A DNA stretch of 64,000 nucleotides from Dimorphilus gyrociliatus (GCA_904063045.1 CAJFCJ010000022.1:620001-684000); one strand, 5' to 3'; numbered from the stretch's first letter, positions 1 to 14,429 are shown. Made by a program: numbers and translations. Notes: generated from the letters alone by a model not told the origin.

Positions 1-320
1 AATAATCGTATAGGCGTCTGTATTACTTGTATTTATATACTTTTTATATTAATATTCAGACACGTTTCTCTATTTAAATAGTGGAATGAGAATGAGAATG
101 AATGTAGAATAATAAATTTTCACTTTTTTAGGTATGATAAAGACTCTCTATACGAATTTATAACGTTAGAAAGGGATAAAAAATGCTTGGACGCGATTTG
201 CTGCACTAATTATCTCGTTATAGTGATAATGGTAATAGATAATAATTGAATAATAATAATAATATCCAACTAATAGATCCATTGAAAATATCAGTACATT
301 TACATATCTCTGTTTTGCAG

Positions 321-1505
321 CTAAACGAAGCGCTAAGTCTGCAATTTTATAGGATAGAAGATATCTTGAATAAAATTGTTACAAAGTCATATAGCAGCAT
401 TGAAATTGCTAAGACTGGTCCACTGGCTATAGACGATAAGAACGATAGGGTTTTTATAGGTAAATATTAATTCTTTGACGCATAACAGGTAAAATAAATT
501 GGATAGTAGAAGAGTAACCGAGTAAATACGTTTTTGTAAATATAAAGTATTACGGCAAAAAGGAATTATTCAACTTTACTTAAAGTAGTTAGTCGAGACA
601 CGCTTAGAGCAAAGAGGTTAGCGGGTATTCTTTCACTTTTGTGTATTTAGTATAGAAAAAACATTTGTTCGATAGTATCTCATGAATATTCTAATAAACA
701 CATTTACTTTGGTTTTATTAGATAAGTGGGCAAGGTTTCTTTTATATCTGATTAATTATTGAATAGAAAGTACACGTGTGCGTGTCTGTTTATGCGTCAA
801 GTTACTCTGATACAATTACTCTACCTCTAATAATTATCCATAGCTGGAACTTTATGGAGCGGCTCGTGGTCTTCTAACGAACGCAATTCGACGTCCAACG
901 AGTGCTTGGAGAGGCTGGTAAGAGTTTATAGGATTGAAACAATGGAGTTGGAAGAAAAGTTTGAAGCAGTTAAAAATAGAATAAAACTGTTAAGAATCGA
1001 TGGCAATCAAATTGCCATTGCAGATAATTTGCACGGTGTTAGAATATTTTGCACAAATTCGTTAAAGTTATTATACGAAATTGAAGTTGATGAAATAAGA
1101 AATATCATTCTTGTAGGAGATTATTTAGCCGTCTTCCATAAATTCGAATCAAACGTTTCATTATGGAATTCGCAGGAAAAAAAGACTATACTTTGTCTTA
1201 ACATACAAGATCAAGTTAAAGAGCTGCTTGACGACGACGATGCCGATATTCTCCTTGATGAGGATACGGAGACGAGCGTTATAAATTTACCGTACGAGGA
1301 TAGCGGTCTATTACTATACGCTACGAGAACTGGTAACGTTTTCGGAATGATTGTTAATAGTAGATATAAATTATTTAGCATATCGAGTCCATTTTCGGAA
1401 GAAGAAGAGAAATATGGATTAAAAACCTTATGTTACATTCACCCTGGTTTGATTGTGCTTGTCTCCAAGAGTTTAGTTGTACTCGATTTTAATCTCCCAA
1501 AATAA
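321..1505 (+). CDS. 3' part of a WD40/beta-propeller-like protein (5' end probably upstream of the window)
   Basis: Exon 321-459 (ttgcag|...ATAG|gtaaat, phase 1) is in phase with terminal exon 844-1505 (tag|CT GGA ACT; GTLWSGSWSS...ERLVRVYRI...VVLDFNLPK*). Beta-strand-rich, with WD-like 'VSLWN' and 'VRIF'. A further exon is likely at ~131-222. Family assignment is inference. Confidence 0.55.
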
Positions 1506-1645
1506 AGACAAAAGATAAAGAACAAATAGTTTTTTTTTATAAATCCTTTACAATTATATCCTTTTCTTATTTGATCTGTTTTGTTTGTTGTTTGTTTTTT
1601 GTTTGTTTGTTTGTTTGTTTGTTTATTTCCTTAATTCATTTTATT

Positions 1646-3612
1646 TTAATACTTTTTTATTGAATCTAACAAATTTTGCACCGCAGATTTCCTATGATTC
1701 TCCCAGTTTATTTCAACTTGTAGGTTTGCTTGTAAACGATCGTTGGAAGGATATGGTCTTATTTGCTCCCTTAAATATCTCTTTATGTGCTCGTCCATGT
1801 GCTTTTGAAAAAAGTGACGCCCTATCATAATTAATTCCGCTCCGTTGCTCACCAAAGTTACAGACACCTTGGGGTCGTCTGTCCTTTGTTCATTTTCCAA
1901 TTCAATATTCTCCAAACCCTATTCGACGCAAATTCAAAACATTTGTTTTAACCTTTGTTCACTATTAGTTATTAAAGAATACTAACAAAGGCGTCTCCTG
2001 GTCTGAGTTTTTTCAATTGAACAACTACTGTTGCGTCATCGTCGGCTCGTTCAAGGGGAACCCATATCATGTTACTTGGTATTTTTTCATCGAATTCCGA
2101 AACGAATTTATAATGTTTACCAGAACTCATTCCAATTTTAGTATGCCCCGATCTACTTCCGCCTGGTCGATTTTGTGAAAATTTACTATTAGACATTCCA
2201 GGTTGAGTAGAGTTGGAACTTAGGTTTATATCAGGCGCCGTATCAGGTCTGACTTTAAAATTTGAGGAAAAACTCCCTTCCCTAGAGGTTTCACTTTCGT
2301 CAAGCTTATTTAAGAATACATCAATATTGCATAATTTTGACTTTCTAGCAGTATTACAAGTTTTACTGGAGGACAGTCTACTATCAATTCTTGGACCTGT
2401 TAGAAATAATAATACATTATTGCGCAATTGGAATTTTCCTTTAAGATTTTCTTTTTTCGTTTCCCAAGTTTTCACTTGTAGAAAGGAAAGAGAAAGTAAA
2501 ACACAACGATTCTGTTGATAATATCTTTTTCCAATATATCAACAAGACAACAACAAAATACAATCAGCATCGCCTTTAATTATAAATCAAGTAGGAAAGA
2601 AAAAAGGCTTGATTTAAAGGAGATAAAGGAGAGAATGAAGAGGAGTATGCAATGAAAAATTCCTGCAACAGCGGGACGTAAACAACATAAAACATTCACA
2701 TATTTTACCAATCATTTTCGGCTCTATTACTTTATGCAAATGAATTAATAATTAATAAATTAGTTAACATATATTGCTATGGTAATAAATTATTTAAATA
2801 GATAGTTTTATGAATAGAAAGATATAGAGAATGAGAATTTATATTACGTTGTTCTGCAATGCCCAAGCGAGGAAGGAAAAGTTGACTACTTGACGGCGGA
2901 ATTTGTTTAACAATTTTTGGCTTTGCCGCCATTAAATTTTTCATTACAACGCAATTTCCCTACAAAATAGAAAAGGTTATATTTTAAGAAATGGCGTCGA
3001 TTATTTATGTTTCATACAGATTTCACTAAGATAACAAATTCATTCTTTAAACTGTCGGGAACCACTACTGTTCCTCTTTTAAAATAATGAAAAATGCACT
3101 CTTTAGGATGCTCCATCATTAGATGAATTGGCCATGTTTTCATCCACGATATAGTTCTGCAGAATTTTAAATGCTCCGGTTCGTTATCGTCTTTTGATGA
3201 GTAAAATATATCTAAGAAATCATCTCGTGCTATAACTAATAAATTCATTTTAGAGACGCTTTCGATGCTAGCAGTTCTTTTTGAATGATGAAGTAGAGCA
3301 ACTTCGCCAAAACTCTGACCTCTAACTAAACGCCCAACAGTCTCGTTCTCGTATCCGTACGGGCCCAACTTTTTCTTAGTCACAGCAGCAACCCCTGAGA
3401 GGATAAAATAAAAATTCTCTGCCGAATGACCCTCCTTTAAGATGAGACGTTTAGGCGTCACTCTGTTCAAATAGTGAAAATAATTTGTTTCATACAGACA
3501 TTCAGACAACTGAAAGATATAAACAGAAAGAAACATAGATGTATAGATGGATAGATAGAGAGAAAAAAGAATGAGAATAGTGATAGATTTTTGCAGGAGT
3601 AAGCTTATTTGA

Positions 3613-3648
<36 letters not shown>

Positions 3649-4736
3649 ATTCTCAGCTTGTTCTCAATAGTTAATCTCTTTAAACTATAAGAAGACAATC
3701 TTATTGTATTGAGTAGCACAATTCATAGATTAATATTATGAAAACTACAGTTTATTACTACTGTTATTAAGTGTATAACAACATTCAATAGTTAATTTTT
3801 TTATGGGTTTTCTACTTACTCCATAAACCAGGCTACCCTTGCTAGACGTTCTTGTAAATGCAAAGGATAATCCGAATAGGCGTCTAGCCTTTGTAAACCG
3901 TGTAATATTCTTTGAATCATTTCAGGTGTTCTAGCGTTAGATATTAAAGTGAGAGCGTATTTAACGTCGTATGGTAATGAGATCTCTTTTTTAGCTTGAA
4001 AATATTTAGGATCAAACTCAAGCTTATTCTCTTCCATAGATTTATAAGTAGTCTGCTCTTCCAGCTCATTGGCAAGATCGTAAAAAGTTCGAACCTGCCT
4101 TTCTAATTTTCTCTTGAACCTATACAAAAAAAAACATTGTTCTTTTCTCTCTTCTCTTCAACAGTTGATAATTTATTGAAAGATATTCCTTTGTTTAAAA
4201 GGAAAGTATCTTTAAAAGGTCTTAAAGCCTCTCCTTAATATATACATAATATATTACATTATTGAATAGCTAGCTTAAGCAGTTAATAAAAGTTTGGGAG
4301 TGACTTTTCCTTCTCCTTCAAACTTCATATTCATTAATTTACAACGGTACTTACAAGAAAAGTAATACTCTACTTACTGCATGATTATCTGCATCCACGT
4401 GTGACATATTATCACTCTCCTAGCAGTTTTATATATGAAGGTAAACGCCTATGTTATTTTAATAAAGGATAATTAATTAGTTTACAGTTATCCGAGAAGG
4501 GAACGTAAATTGTTATTATTTACCTGATCCTGATCGGCGAATAATCCGACGTATTGACTCTCTACTTCATTCCTTGGAGGATTCGCCTGCTTTGATATAT
4601 TATGGTAAAAAGAACTTTTGGCGGCTGCTGGTCTAGTATTATTTTTTGGAGTTCTAGGTACATCTTCAACAGTTGGAGTAAATAGCCTCGATCCTGGGCG
4701 AGATATTGGTGTACGAGAAGCACTCCGGTATTCCAT
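1646..4736 (-). CDS. CNBD2: Cyclic nucleotide-binding domain-containing protein 2-like, multi-exon
   Basis: ORF pieces 4488-4736, 3816-4127, 3012-3536, ~2847-2958, 1972-2475 and 1646-1915 join at GT-AG sites. CNBD motifs: 'ENFYFILSG...GQSFGEVALLHHSKRTASI' and a second split domain 'LRPGDAF|GLE...LVSNGAELIMI...YPS'. Confidence 0.8.
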
Positions 4737-5453
4737 GGTCTTTCAACGCTTACTGTTTACATATTTCGCTCTGCGTTACTACGGATTAGGATCAATAGAA
4801 TCTTCGACTGTAGCTGGATTAATCTCTCGTAATATCTATTCACTTTATGATTGTTTAATAAATGTTCAGTGCGTTCAACCCACAAGCGCGATGAAGATTT
4901 AAGAATAAAGACTACAAGTGCGAAAAGGTTTATTATTATCAATACAGTATGTATATTAATTTTAGATTAATATCTAATAATTGATAATCTACATAATCTA
5001 GCGGACATTTTATTCTATTCTTTATTCATATTCTTGCTATAGTTTTACCGAGACTGTATGTCTCTGTTTGTCTGTATCTCTTTCTCTCTCTCTCTCTCGC
5101 TGTATAAATTTATACTATATATTATATTCCTTCCTAATAAGAGAGCGCGGCAAACTAGAGAGGAAAGGGGAATCGGCAATCATGATTGGCCTAAGGTCTT
5201 TTCTCTCTCTGAGAACAAACTGGTCTTCGGGAAAAGAGAATAAAAACAGAATATAGAGAGACGCCTTTGGAGTTTATAGGATGAAAAAATTAGAGTAAAC
5301 AACTTTCATTCTAATAATTTTTTAATATTTATCGATCACCTCGAATATTAGGCATTTTCAATACACTTTTCAAAGAACGCCACCTACGGGCCTAACGAAA
5401 CACTCTGGTTCCTATTGAAAGAATGTGAATCTATTTTTTTTGTACACGGAAAT

Positions 5454-6687
5454 ATGTCAAAGATTGACTGTACCGCAACAATTATAAAATTATTGTTATT
5501 CTTCTCTAACGTCTTCTTTTGGATTGTAGGAATTCTGGTAATTGGATTTGGTATTTGGGTCATTCAGCAAGAAAGCGAACTTTTGGGTGACAATGCTGAT
5601 ACAGAAGTGTATAAAATTGTTTATTCAGTAACAATTGTGATAATATTGGTCGGGGTGATTGTTTTCATAGTTGCTTTCGTTGGATGTATTGGTACGATAA
5701 GAGAGAATATAACTATATTAAACGTCTTCATCGGTCTTCTTATTGCCGAAGTTGTTGTTGAATTAAGTCTGATTGTTGTAGGATTTTCTCTATATGAAAC
5801 AATTAAGGATGAAGTGATTGATAGTTTAAAAGATACCTTGGTATATTATCTAGATTCGCCGTCAATAAGAGATTTAATTGATACATTTCAACAAGCAGTA
5901 AGTAATACAATTCGCTTTTCTATTCTTCTATCAATAAGACACAATTAAATTGAAACAACCTACGCATAGGGAAATTCAATACTCATACTTGAATAAATTC
6001 AAGTTTCGGCTAAGATCCTAACGGCAATCTGTTAGTCTTTTTTCTCTCTATTTAAGAAATATACTATGTATATTTAGTTCAAAGGTATTATTCAAAAAAT
6101 TTTGGGATAGGTCTTTAAAATATAGATTTAATCACTTTTTTTCGGCCTATAAATCAACTTTATGCTATTTTTTAAATTTTATTTAATAATAGCCTAGACA
6201 TAATCGTAAAATCTTCCTAAAATACAATTCTCTACCAGTCTCCTTTTATGATCTAAGTGTTGTTCCCTTTTTATTTTTTCTATAGTTTCTATGCTGCGGT
6301 GTTTCAACAAAAGGCTATAAGGACTGGAAAGTCAACGAATACTACGGCTGTAAAGAAAATAATCCATTCTACCTGGCTTGTAGTGTACCGTGGACATGTT
6401 GTATTGGAGCTAAAGATGACCAAGAAACCATGATAAATAGAATGTGCGGAAAAGGAGTTCTTGAAGATAAGTCAGAGAATATTGGAGCTATTTACACAGA
6501 AGGTTGCATTGATGCCGTTCATAATAAATTAAAATCAAATCTCTCAATTGTTCTTGGCATGGTTACTGGAGTTTTCTTTCTGCAGATAATTGGAATATTT
6601 TTAGCATTCCTGCTCAGAGTAACTATCAAGAGTAATCAATCTGAAATCAATCGACCAACGAATAATTCTGAAGAAGACAATGAATAA
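5454..6687 (+). CDS. Tetraspanin, TspanC8 subfamily (TSPAN33/5/15-like), 2 exons: 5454-5897, 6286-6687
   Basis: Four TM helices. The large extracellular loop has CCG and 8 Cys (FLCCG...YKDW..NEYYGC...ACSVPWTCC...MCG...EGC). Canonical donor gtaagt and acceptor tatag, phase 0. Confidence 0.9.
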
Positions 6688-7142
6688 AACTAACTGAAAT
6701 GTTTTTTAAGGTGCTTATTACGCGGAAGAGAAGAGACTATTGATAAAAAAATTTTCTCACTACTTCTCTTTTAATTCTCCTTGTTCTTTCGTACGAATGA
6801 GTAATTAGAAATAAAGATAGTAATTGGAGGAAATTTCTCCAAATCATTCACTTCAAATATACCTTACAGTTTCAACTAAGATTTAATCAAGAAAGGCAGC
6901 GTTCTCTTCGTCTACTAAACATATTTGATAACGAATGTTTTGTTTTGAATAGTCAATAAATGAGCTATTTTCCCATTCAAATTCAATTTTTAAAAAGACT
7001 TATCTTTAATCAAAGAAAAGAGAAATAATACAAAACAATAAAACAATATAATTTCTAATTCGTCGTAATTTAAAAGAAATATTTAAAAAGAAAGTTGTTA
7101 AAAACGATAAAATGAAGGTTAGAATGTTTCCAGTTTCTTTCC

Positions 7143-9766
7143 CTATCTTCCGTTTACGCGTAATGATGATGGTGAACCTGGTAAAATCGGAGACACTGGA
7201 GGGGAATTCTGACCATTTTCACCTTTCACCTAATTAAATAAAAACAGCAACGTTTTAATTCACCATTATTCTCTTCTTTGACTATTTGCTTTGGTACTAC
7301 GAAGTATACACTCGCTAGATGTCACTACTCGTCTCACAAAATGAAATACAAAATACAGTACATACCTCGATATAGCCTTGAAGTAAGCCATCTAATTTAA
7401 GTTTCGCCTCCAAATGCTTTCTATTTAGTTCTTCTAATTGTTTTTGAATGTATTCATGAGAGGCGTCAACTTCGTCGGGTATGATTGCAACACTTTCTAT
7501 ACTTTTATCGCCATCCAAGTGAGATGTTGAAGAAATAGTTGTTTTTAATTGATCATACGAATCCATTAAATCTGTATAAATTATACAGTAGAAATGTTCA
7601 AATATAAAGTGATTTCGGCTCTATTCAGCAATAAACGTAGAACTATACACAGAATGTGCATTATTATTATTATTGCTGTTATTGTTTTGTTGTTGTAAGA
7701 CTTGCCTAAAGGATTTCCACGTTGAATATTCTATTAAAGAAAAACAAATCAATGAAAGAGTTCACTAGAAAGAGATTTCTTTATAGTTAATTATTTTTAC
7801 CTGGCTTTCAATCATTCTCCTATTACGTTCTGAGTGAATTGCTTCCTCTTCTCTTTCCTCTTCTCTTCTTTCCAGTGTTTTCATTTCTCTGACGTTTTCT
7901 TCTCCCTTTTCGCTGTAGCCCCCTCTTTCCGAGCTATGTTCAGAGTTCTTTTCGGGAGTAAAGCATTACGATTATTCAAATTTTTACAGTAAAACCAACA
8001 ACTACCTTTGTTTGAAAAGTTTTTAACGCTATCTTAACTCTATTCTCGTTGGCGACCATATCCTTTTTTAAAGGGTATAAACACATTGAAAAATAATTAT
8101 GTAAGTAACAATTGTAACTTGTTAAAAGTTATAGTTAAAAATAATAAACCAACAGCTGCTAAAACATTAACTAAACAATTTAGACGTTCAACTTTGCTCT
8201 CCAATTCCTCCCTTTTCAATGCCTCAACGGCGGCCCGTTTTTCACTTTCTCTGGCGCATTGAGCTAATTTCGTTACGGCATCAACGAGCATTAAAATTTC
8301 CTCTTTAGAATTCTTATGACATTCACAAGTACACGAAGCGTTCTCGGCCGTCTCTTTGATCTTTAGCCGAAAAGTGTTACATTGCAATAATACGAGAAAA
8401 ATAACAAAGGAAAATTTTAATACCTCCTCTCTAGTATCCTCTCTTCCCTCGCTCTTAACAGAACTTTCAACAACGGCTGTATCATTAACAGTATTGATTA
8501 ACGTTGATCTGTTTAGACTGGAGAAGCTCGTCTCCCAATCTTCACCTGCAATTAACAGTAAAGAATAGAAGCAAAAGAAGATGTTTATTCGATTAGTACA
8601 TAGAAATTTCTTGTCAAAATACTAACTGGCCATATCAGCTTTCGCTCGATTTTCATTTAATATATGTTTATATTGTTCCAAATCATTGCTTACATTATCT
8701 ATGTTAATATAAAATTACATACAAATATATACAACTGTTTTATTACTTCTTTTATTCTATTTACCATTCAATCTATCCAAAGAGTTCTTACTCATTATTG
8801 AATCGCTAAGAGCGTCTAATTTTGATAATTCTACTACTTCCGTTCCATCTGGTAAGAGAGACCTAAAATTTATAAAGAAGATTAATTAATAAATTTCTAT
8901 TTGGTGTTAAGCGTTTAAAAGACTGTTCAAAATATAAAGTTGTTTAAAAGTATTATACAGTATTCTGAATCTATTCAACTTACTGGTCATTTTTTAAAAT
9001 CCGTTTAGGCGCAACTGTAACGCTTGGTATACCAAAAAATTTCTAGCAAAAGAGAGACATTTCAGACTATTTTATAGAGATTTCAATACAATTAATTCCA
9101 AAAGTAAAATTACCTTTGGATCATCTCCGAACATGTCTTTAACAACCGCCAAAGTCTTATCACACTCGGCCAAGGTTTCGGAAAGCTGCAATCAAATGAT
9201 TGAAAATATCAAGATACCAAATATCTTTATACTGGATATAAATTTATAACCGTATGGCTTACCTGACTGTTATCCAAGTATACTTTATGTATTGCTGATT
9301 TCTTTGATTTATCTTGTTCTTTTTTCGAATTTTTCTGTTCATTTACTATTTTTTTTCGAGAAAAAGAAAAGGACAAAAAGACTTTTTTACTATATTCATT
9401 AATTGATTTTAATAATCCTTCTTACATTCTCTTAATCTTAGTGATAAAAGATCAAATTTTGCGGATTCTGCGTTCTTTGATTTATGAGACTCTTTTCGAC
9501 GAATCTAAACATAAATTTCAAATATGTTAGCTTAAAAACTAGCAGATTAATTAACTAATTAATTAATTAAAGGAATATTTACAATATCATCTGTACTGGC
9601 TTTGTAGACGTTCAAATCGTTAATTGTTGACTGTATCGTTGGTTTGTAATAGTAAAAAATATATTATTAACAGAAATTTGAAGTTATAATCAACACTTAC
9701 ATCCCACTCGGGTTTTAACTTCTTTTTCGATTTTGGCTTTAATTTTGTCTTTCTTTGGACAAACAT
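7143..9766 (-). CDS. SPICE1: Spindle and centriole-associated protein 1-like, many short exons
   Basis: Spliced N-terminus MFVQRKTKLKPKSKKKLKPEWD|STINDLNVYKASTDDI|IRRKESHKSKN...|LSETLAECDKTLAVVKDMFGDDPK|KFFGIPSVTVAP matches the SPICE1 pattern ([32 protein letters not shown]...GFPNVTVAP). Coiled-coil exons follow, ending ...SLRVNGR*. Middle exons at 7.8-8.1 kb are uncertain. Confidence 0.8.
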
Positions 9767-12147
9767 TCTCTACTAAAGACAGAACAGGTTTGATCACGTC
9801 CAAGGTAAAAAATATATCTATTTATTTATATATGTTCAATAGACGAAACAGTGATTATTGCGATATATAATTAATTTATAATACTATCGAATTGTTTAAA
9901 TATATAATTTCCAGAGAAATCTCTCGTTTTTAACAAGTTAAGAACTAACGTTATTTGAAAATTTGACTATTGGAATAAAGGAACTAAACGAATTTGCTTT
10001 TTGTTTCTTTACCTAATATTATTCCCGCATTTTATAGTGTCCATAAGATTTCTATAAAAAATGATAAAGACTACCGGTAGATGGCGTTATATATAGAGAA
10101 TACATATGGATATATAGTTGTTTGGTACTAGGCGCTATCGATAGGTGGCTGAAAGGTAAAGTGTGTAAAAGGCGTGTAATTGACCAATCGTGCTGTAACA
10201 GTTAACATAAAGTATTAAGAGTTGAAAAAGTATTAATCTTTGAGGCGGAAATTGACACTAAAAACGTGTCTAAAGAGAAAGTTAATCATTTGTTAAAACA
10301 CGGCAAATCGTTAATAAGACGATAGAAAACCTTTTTATTACGTAATTGTAATGTTTATTATTTTATTTACTCCAAAAGATTTTAAAGGCCTAAGGAGCAG
10401 GAATGTTGTTTAGTGAGAAGAGCGAGTGGGTAGGCTAGGCGGAGGAAAAAACGCCTTTTAAAAAGTTACCAAAAGAAATGAAGTGGAAGTTGGAGAGAGA
10501 GAGACAAGTAGACAGTGACAGTGACAGACATACAGAGATAGAGACAGACACACACAGAGAAAGAAAGATATAAACTAAACTACTAGCAGTTATGCAGAGA
10601 CCTTTTAAAAAATATTAAAATCTATTTGTCTTGTGGATGAGAAGGGCATTTGCTAAGAATTCAAAAGGAAGGATAAGAAGGGAGTTCTAAGGAAGAAAAG
10701 TATTAGAGTAACAAGTTGCTTAAATATCGGTAATTCTTTCAGCTGATACTCGAGTGTTGTACGAAGATAGATAGAGTATGCTTTATATATTAAATATTGC
10801 AATTATCTTCAAAGAGTCTGCGGCTAAGTAAAGCAATACGGAATTGCAAATTCAATTCATTTTAAAGTAATCTCATATCATTTTTATTTTATATAGACAA
10901 GACATAAAAACTAATCCATGAAACAAACAATCACCAAAGAGAAACGGTTGGGACGTCAATGATCAAACATAATATTCATCTTATGGAAAAATGATTGCCT
11001 GACAAAGAACATCCTGTTTGTAGCGAGACCGTTTGATTGTTTGTCACCGCTTTCCTTCTGACGCAGCTGAAATCTTCCTATAACCTAATGCAGTTATGTA
11101 ATAGGCGTGAAAGAACGTTTATGCTTAGATATTTCGCACGTTCGGTGTTATGCAACGATAGAAAACAATCGAATTAGGTAATTATTTAATTTCATTGCAG
11201 GCGTTACGCGTCTCTTCATTCAACTAAGAATCGTCTATTATGAGGGAAATAAGGAGGAAGACGGTAATTTCAGGTTGTAACTATCGCTAGGCGACTTACT
11301 TAGGTGTTTTAGGAATGTCGTGTAGAGTTCTCTCTATCTCTCCCTCCGTCTCTTTCTATCCATCTCTCAACACCGTCTTTTTTGTCTCGGATAAAAGATT
11401 TGAAATTGTCACCTGAACAGCTAATTCCTTTGCTATTTTCTCTCTTTCAAATCAGAAAAAAATGACGCCATATTGTGAAATTCGTGCCGGTCTAAAAAAT
11501 ATGGTACAGGTGGGAGAGATGTAACCTTTACCACTGATAAACTAATCGGTAATCAAGGTCAGATTGGTCAAGGATCTATCATTTTTGTTCCCCTGGGTCA
11601 TTTTAAGGTTGTAAGTAGTTATAGAAAGTTTAAACAGCATCTATTAGTGAAATATTGCCTTAAGAAGTATTTTTATTAGACCTAGGTCTTTCTTCTGTAT
11701 TTTGGCGTCAATAAAATTAGCATGAGGTCTAAATATTGCCAATTTCTGTCCGATAGTTTATCTGGGGTGGACTGACCAAGGAGCAAGGGGGGCAATTTCC
11801 ACCTGGGTATTAACCCCCAGGGCTTTTTAACCGGTTCTTTTTTCCGTAATAGGAAAGGAAAAAAAAATCTTTGTGAACTATTTTAACGACGCAATAACTT
11901 TTTATTTCCTTTGCATACAATTAATCCTTAATTACTTTTTTCTTTTTTAGAATAAACCTTATTTTCCCTCTCTCTCTCTCTCTCTCTCTTCTCTTCTCTT
12001 GTTCCCTCTCTTTCCCTCTCACCTCCCACGCTTCTCCCTCTTTTTTCTCTCCTCTATCGTCACCTTCTTTTCTTTCATCCACTCTCTTCTATACATACAC
12101 CATGCACACAAAACAACATGCATACACTGTTTTTATCTTTTGCTGTA

Positions 12148-12262
12148 ATCACGTGACACCATTAAACAACTTTTAGACATCACTCAAAACGCCCGCAACA
12201 AAAAAAACCGAACACATCTAGTCACGTGATGACGTCACAGGTGACGTAACATCGCGCACGTG
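12148..12262. promoter_or_regulatory. Dense E-box/CRE cluster (putative enhancer or promoter)
   Basis: ATCACGTGAC 12148-12157, GTCACGTGAT 12221-12230, TGACGTCA 12230-12237, TGACGTAA 12242-12249, CACGTG 12257-12262. Confidence 0.55.
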
Positions 12263-14429
12263 TTGCTATACTTTGAAGTAGAGAAGAACGAAGAGGATTA
12301 GGCGTTATCGACGCTTCTGTACGAGCGTTACATCATAGCGACGTTTTGTTTTCGGAATGAATTCAGACTGATGACGACGTTCAAAGATTAGATGGACAGT
12401 CACGCCGAGAGAGCGGGCGCAGCTGTATTTAGAATTTATTCCTATTTTTTTTTGTTTTATTATCTTTTTCTCTTCTCTTTTCAATTCTTAATCCTTGGAC
12501 AAACGGAGTAAGGCGAGGGAGGGAGGGAGGGAAGGAGAGAAGAGAGAGAGAGAGAGAGAAAAAAAAAGGGGCTAGCGAAGCAGGTGTTGGGTGGGTAGAT
12601 TTTTATTGAGGATAGCCGCCCTCCTTTTTTATTTTTTATTTATGGAAGAGGCGGCTATTTTAGGCGTATTGACGATGAAAAGAAAAGTCTCTCCTGTAAT
12701 TAAACGGCGAAAAACGTCTACCATAGAATTATTTATTGAGTGCCGAAGCGCAAGTGTCGAACGTGTGAAAATGGCCTTAAAGTCGATAAACTTTTATTTT
12801 TTTATACTCTCTTTTTCTTTCTCTTTTTGGGTCAGACCATTCACCTTGACACTTAATAAATCGTTTTAATCCTCAATTAGACGCTAACACCGTCTGTCAA
12901 AGTGTCTAGATAAAATCCTACTTCAAGTTTTAACAACAAATAAAGCTTTATTTCACCTAATTTATTTTTGAGCCAATTAAGTAAAATTTTGTGTCGAAGA
13001 GAAGAAAATTCAGCTGCGGTACGGAAAGATAAAAAAAAAACAGCACGTGGGGTCTCAAGCCGTAAAAGACAGTGTGCTAAAAAAGAGGCACTTGGTTACG
13101 TAATACTCAAGTGTCGTAATGTGGTGACAAGAAGAAGGTACACCCCAGTCTCGGCCGACCGTTCATCACAGAACATTCATAATTACATTATGCATTTAAT
13201 TAAAAACTCGAGAAAGCTCTCTCCTAGAAGTGATACTTGTAATAATATAAAAGTAACAGATGTATGTTCTTTGATGACGTCATAGACTGGTTAATCTATG
13301 CTAATGTTAACGAAGGAAATTATTATCGATATTATCTTTTTATCGATCGGAAAAGATATTTCACGTTTGGTTTGTTTCGCTAATTGAGGTATCTTTTATT
13401 GGAACAAGTGAATTTTTGATGTTTTCATAAAATCAACATCGAAGGACTTATTTACATAAATTAACGCACGACATAAAACGTTTATGGCTGCTTATAGGGG
13501 TAATATAGCGTCTGTCGCATACCGGCATATTAATACGGGCTTTTCAAAATATTACTTTTCATCTCTTTAGCGTATACGTCATAGAGGCTTGTTATCACTA
13601 TAAATTATCAACAATTTATTTATAATTCCCTCAGCCATATGGTAAAAGGAAAGACGTTTCCCGACTTGTAATTATAACACTTAATTCATTCAACTTTATT
13701 AACCATTTTTTGATTACTATATGCTGGTGATTCTTTCAATCATTCAAGAGTACAATATTCGCTTTAACAATTTCCCTCTCACCTCTCCCTCTCCCTCTCT
13801 CTCTCTCTCCCCCTGGTCCCTCCCTCCCTCAGTGATAATTGAACAGTTATTCAACAATTTTCTTTTATCCTTCTTTATTGATGTTTTATTTTTAATATAT
13901 TGAAATTGAAAATAAACAAAATAAACTAAAAGACGAAATATATTTTAATCCTATATATGTAACTTGATAAAAGACCAGGAAATCGCATGCTGAGATTTCA
14001 CCCCATCGACCACTTCCTAATTTCACTAAGTGCCCCTATTACAGAACACCACCCACCACATATCATACTCTATACGGCAGAGGCGTCTATTACAAAGCCC
14101 CGCCATTTAACGCCGTGAAGCACGTGCCTCTGGAACGTCAGCTCTCGAATAACCGGCTGGAAAAAAAGAGGGTAACCGTCACGAGGGATTTGCGGCAGAT
14201 AGGCGTCTAATTGCCGTCTCTTTTCACTCGTCATGTCACGCGCTAATCGGCGTCGACGCCGTGGCCGCCAGCGTTTTTCGGACGCAAAATAGAGGCGGTG
14301 AAAAAAGGTGATGCTTCTGTGGAAAACTTCAAAAAAAAAAACACTGATGAGATTTTTATAGATAAAATCTAGGAAAATATTGTATGTTAAAGGGAAGGAA
14401 CAAGGTATAATTAGCTTAATTTGTTTTCA

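Noticed and set aside
2213-2518. 101-aa + strand ORF
   Set aside because: Antisense shadow of a CNBD2 exon.
4057-4068. Partial match (TCTTCCAGCTCA) to the recalled 3' end of miR-750
   Set aside because: Inside a CNBD2 coding exon, with no seed match or hairpin.
11761-11830. GC-rich patch resembling a Harbinger/MITE terminus
   Set aside because: No second terminus, target-site duplication or other copy in the window.
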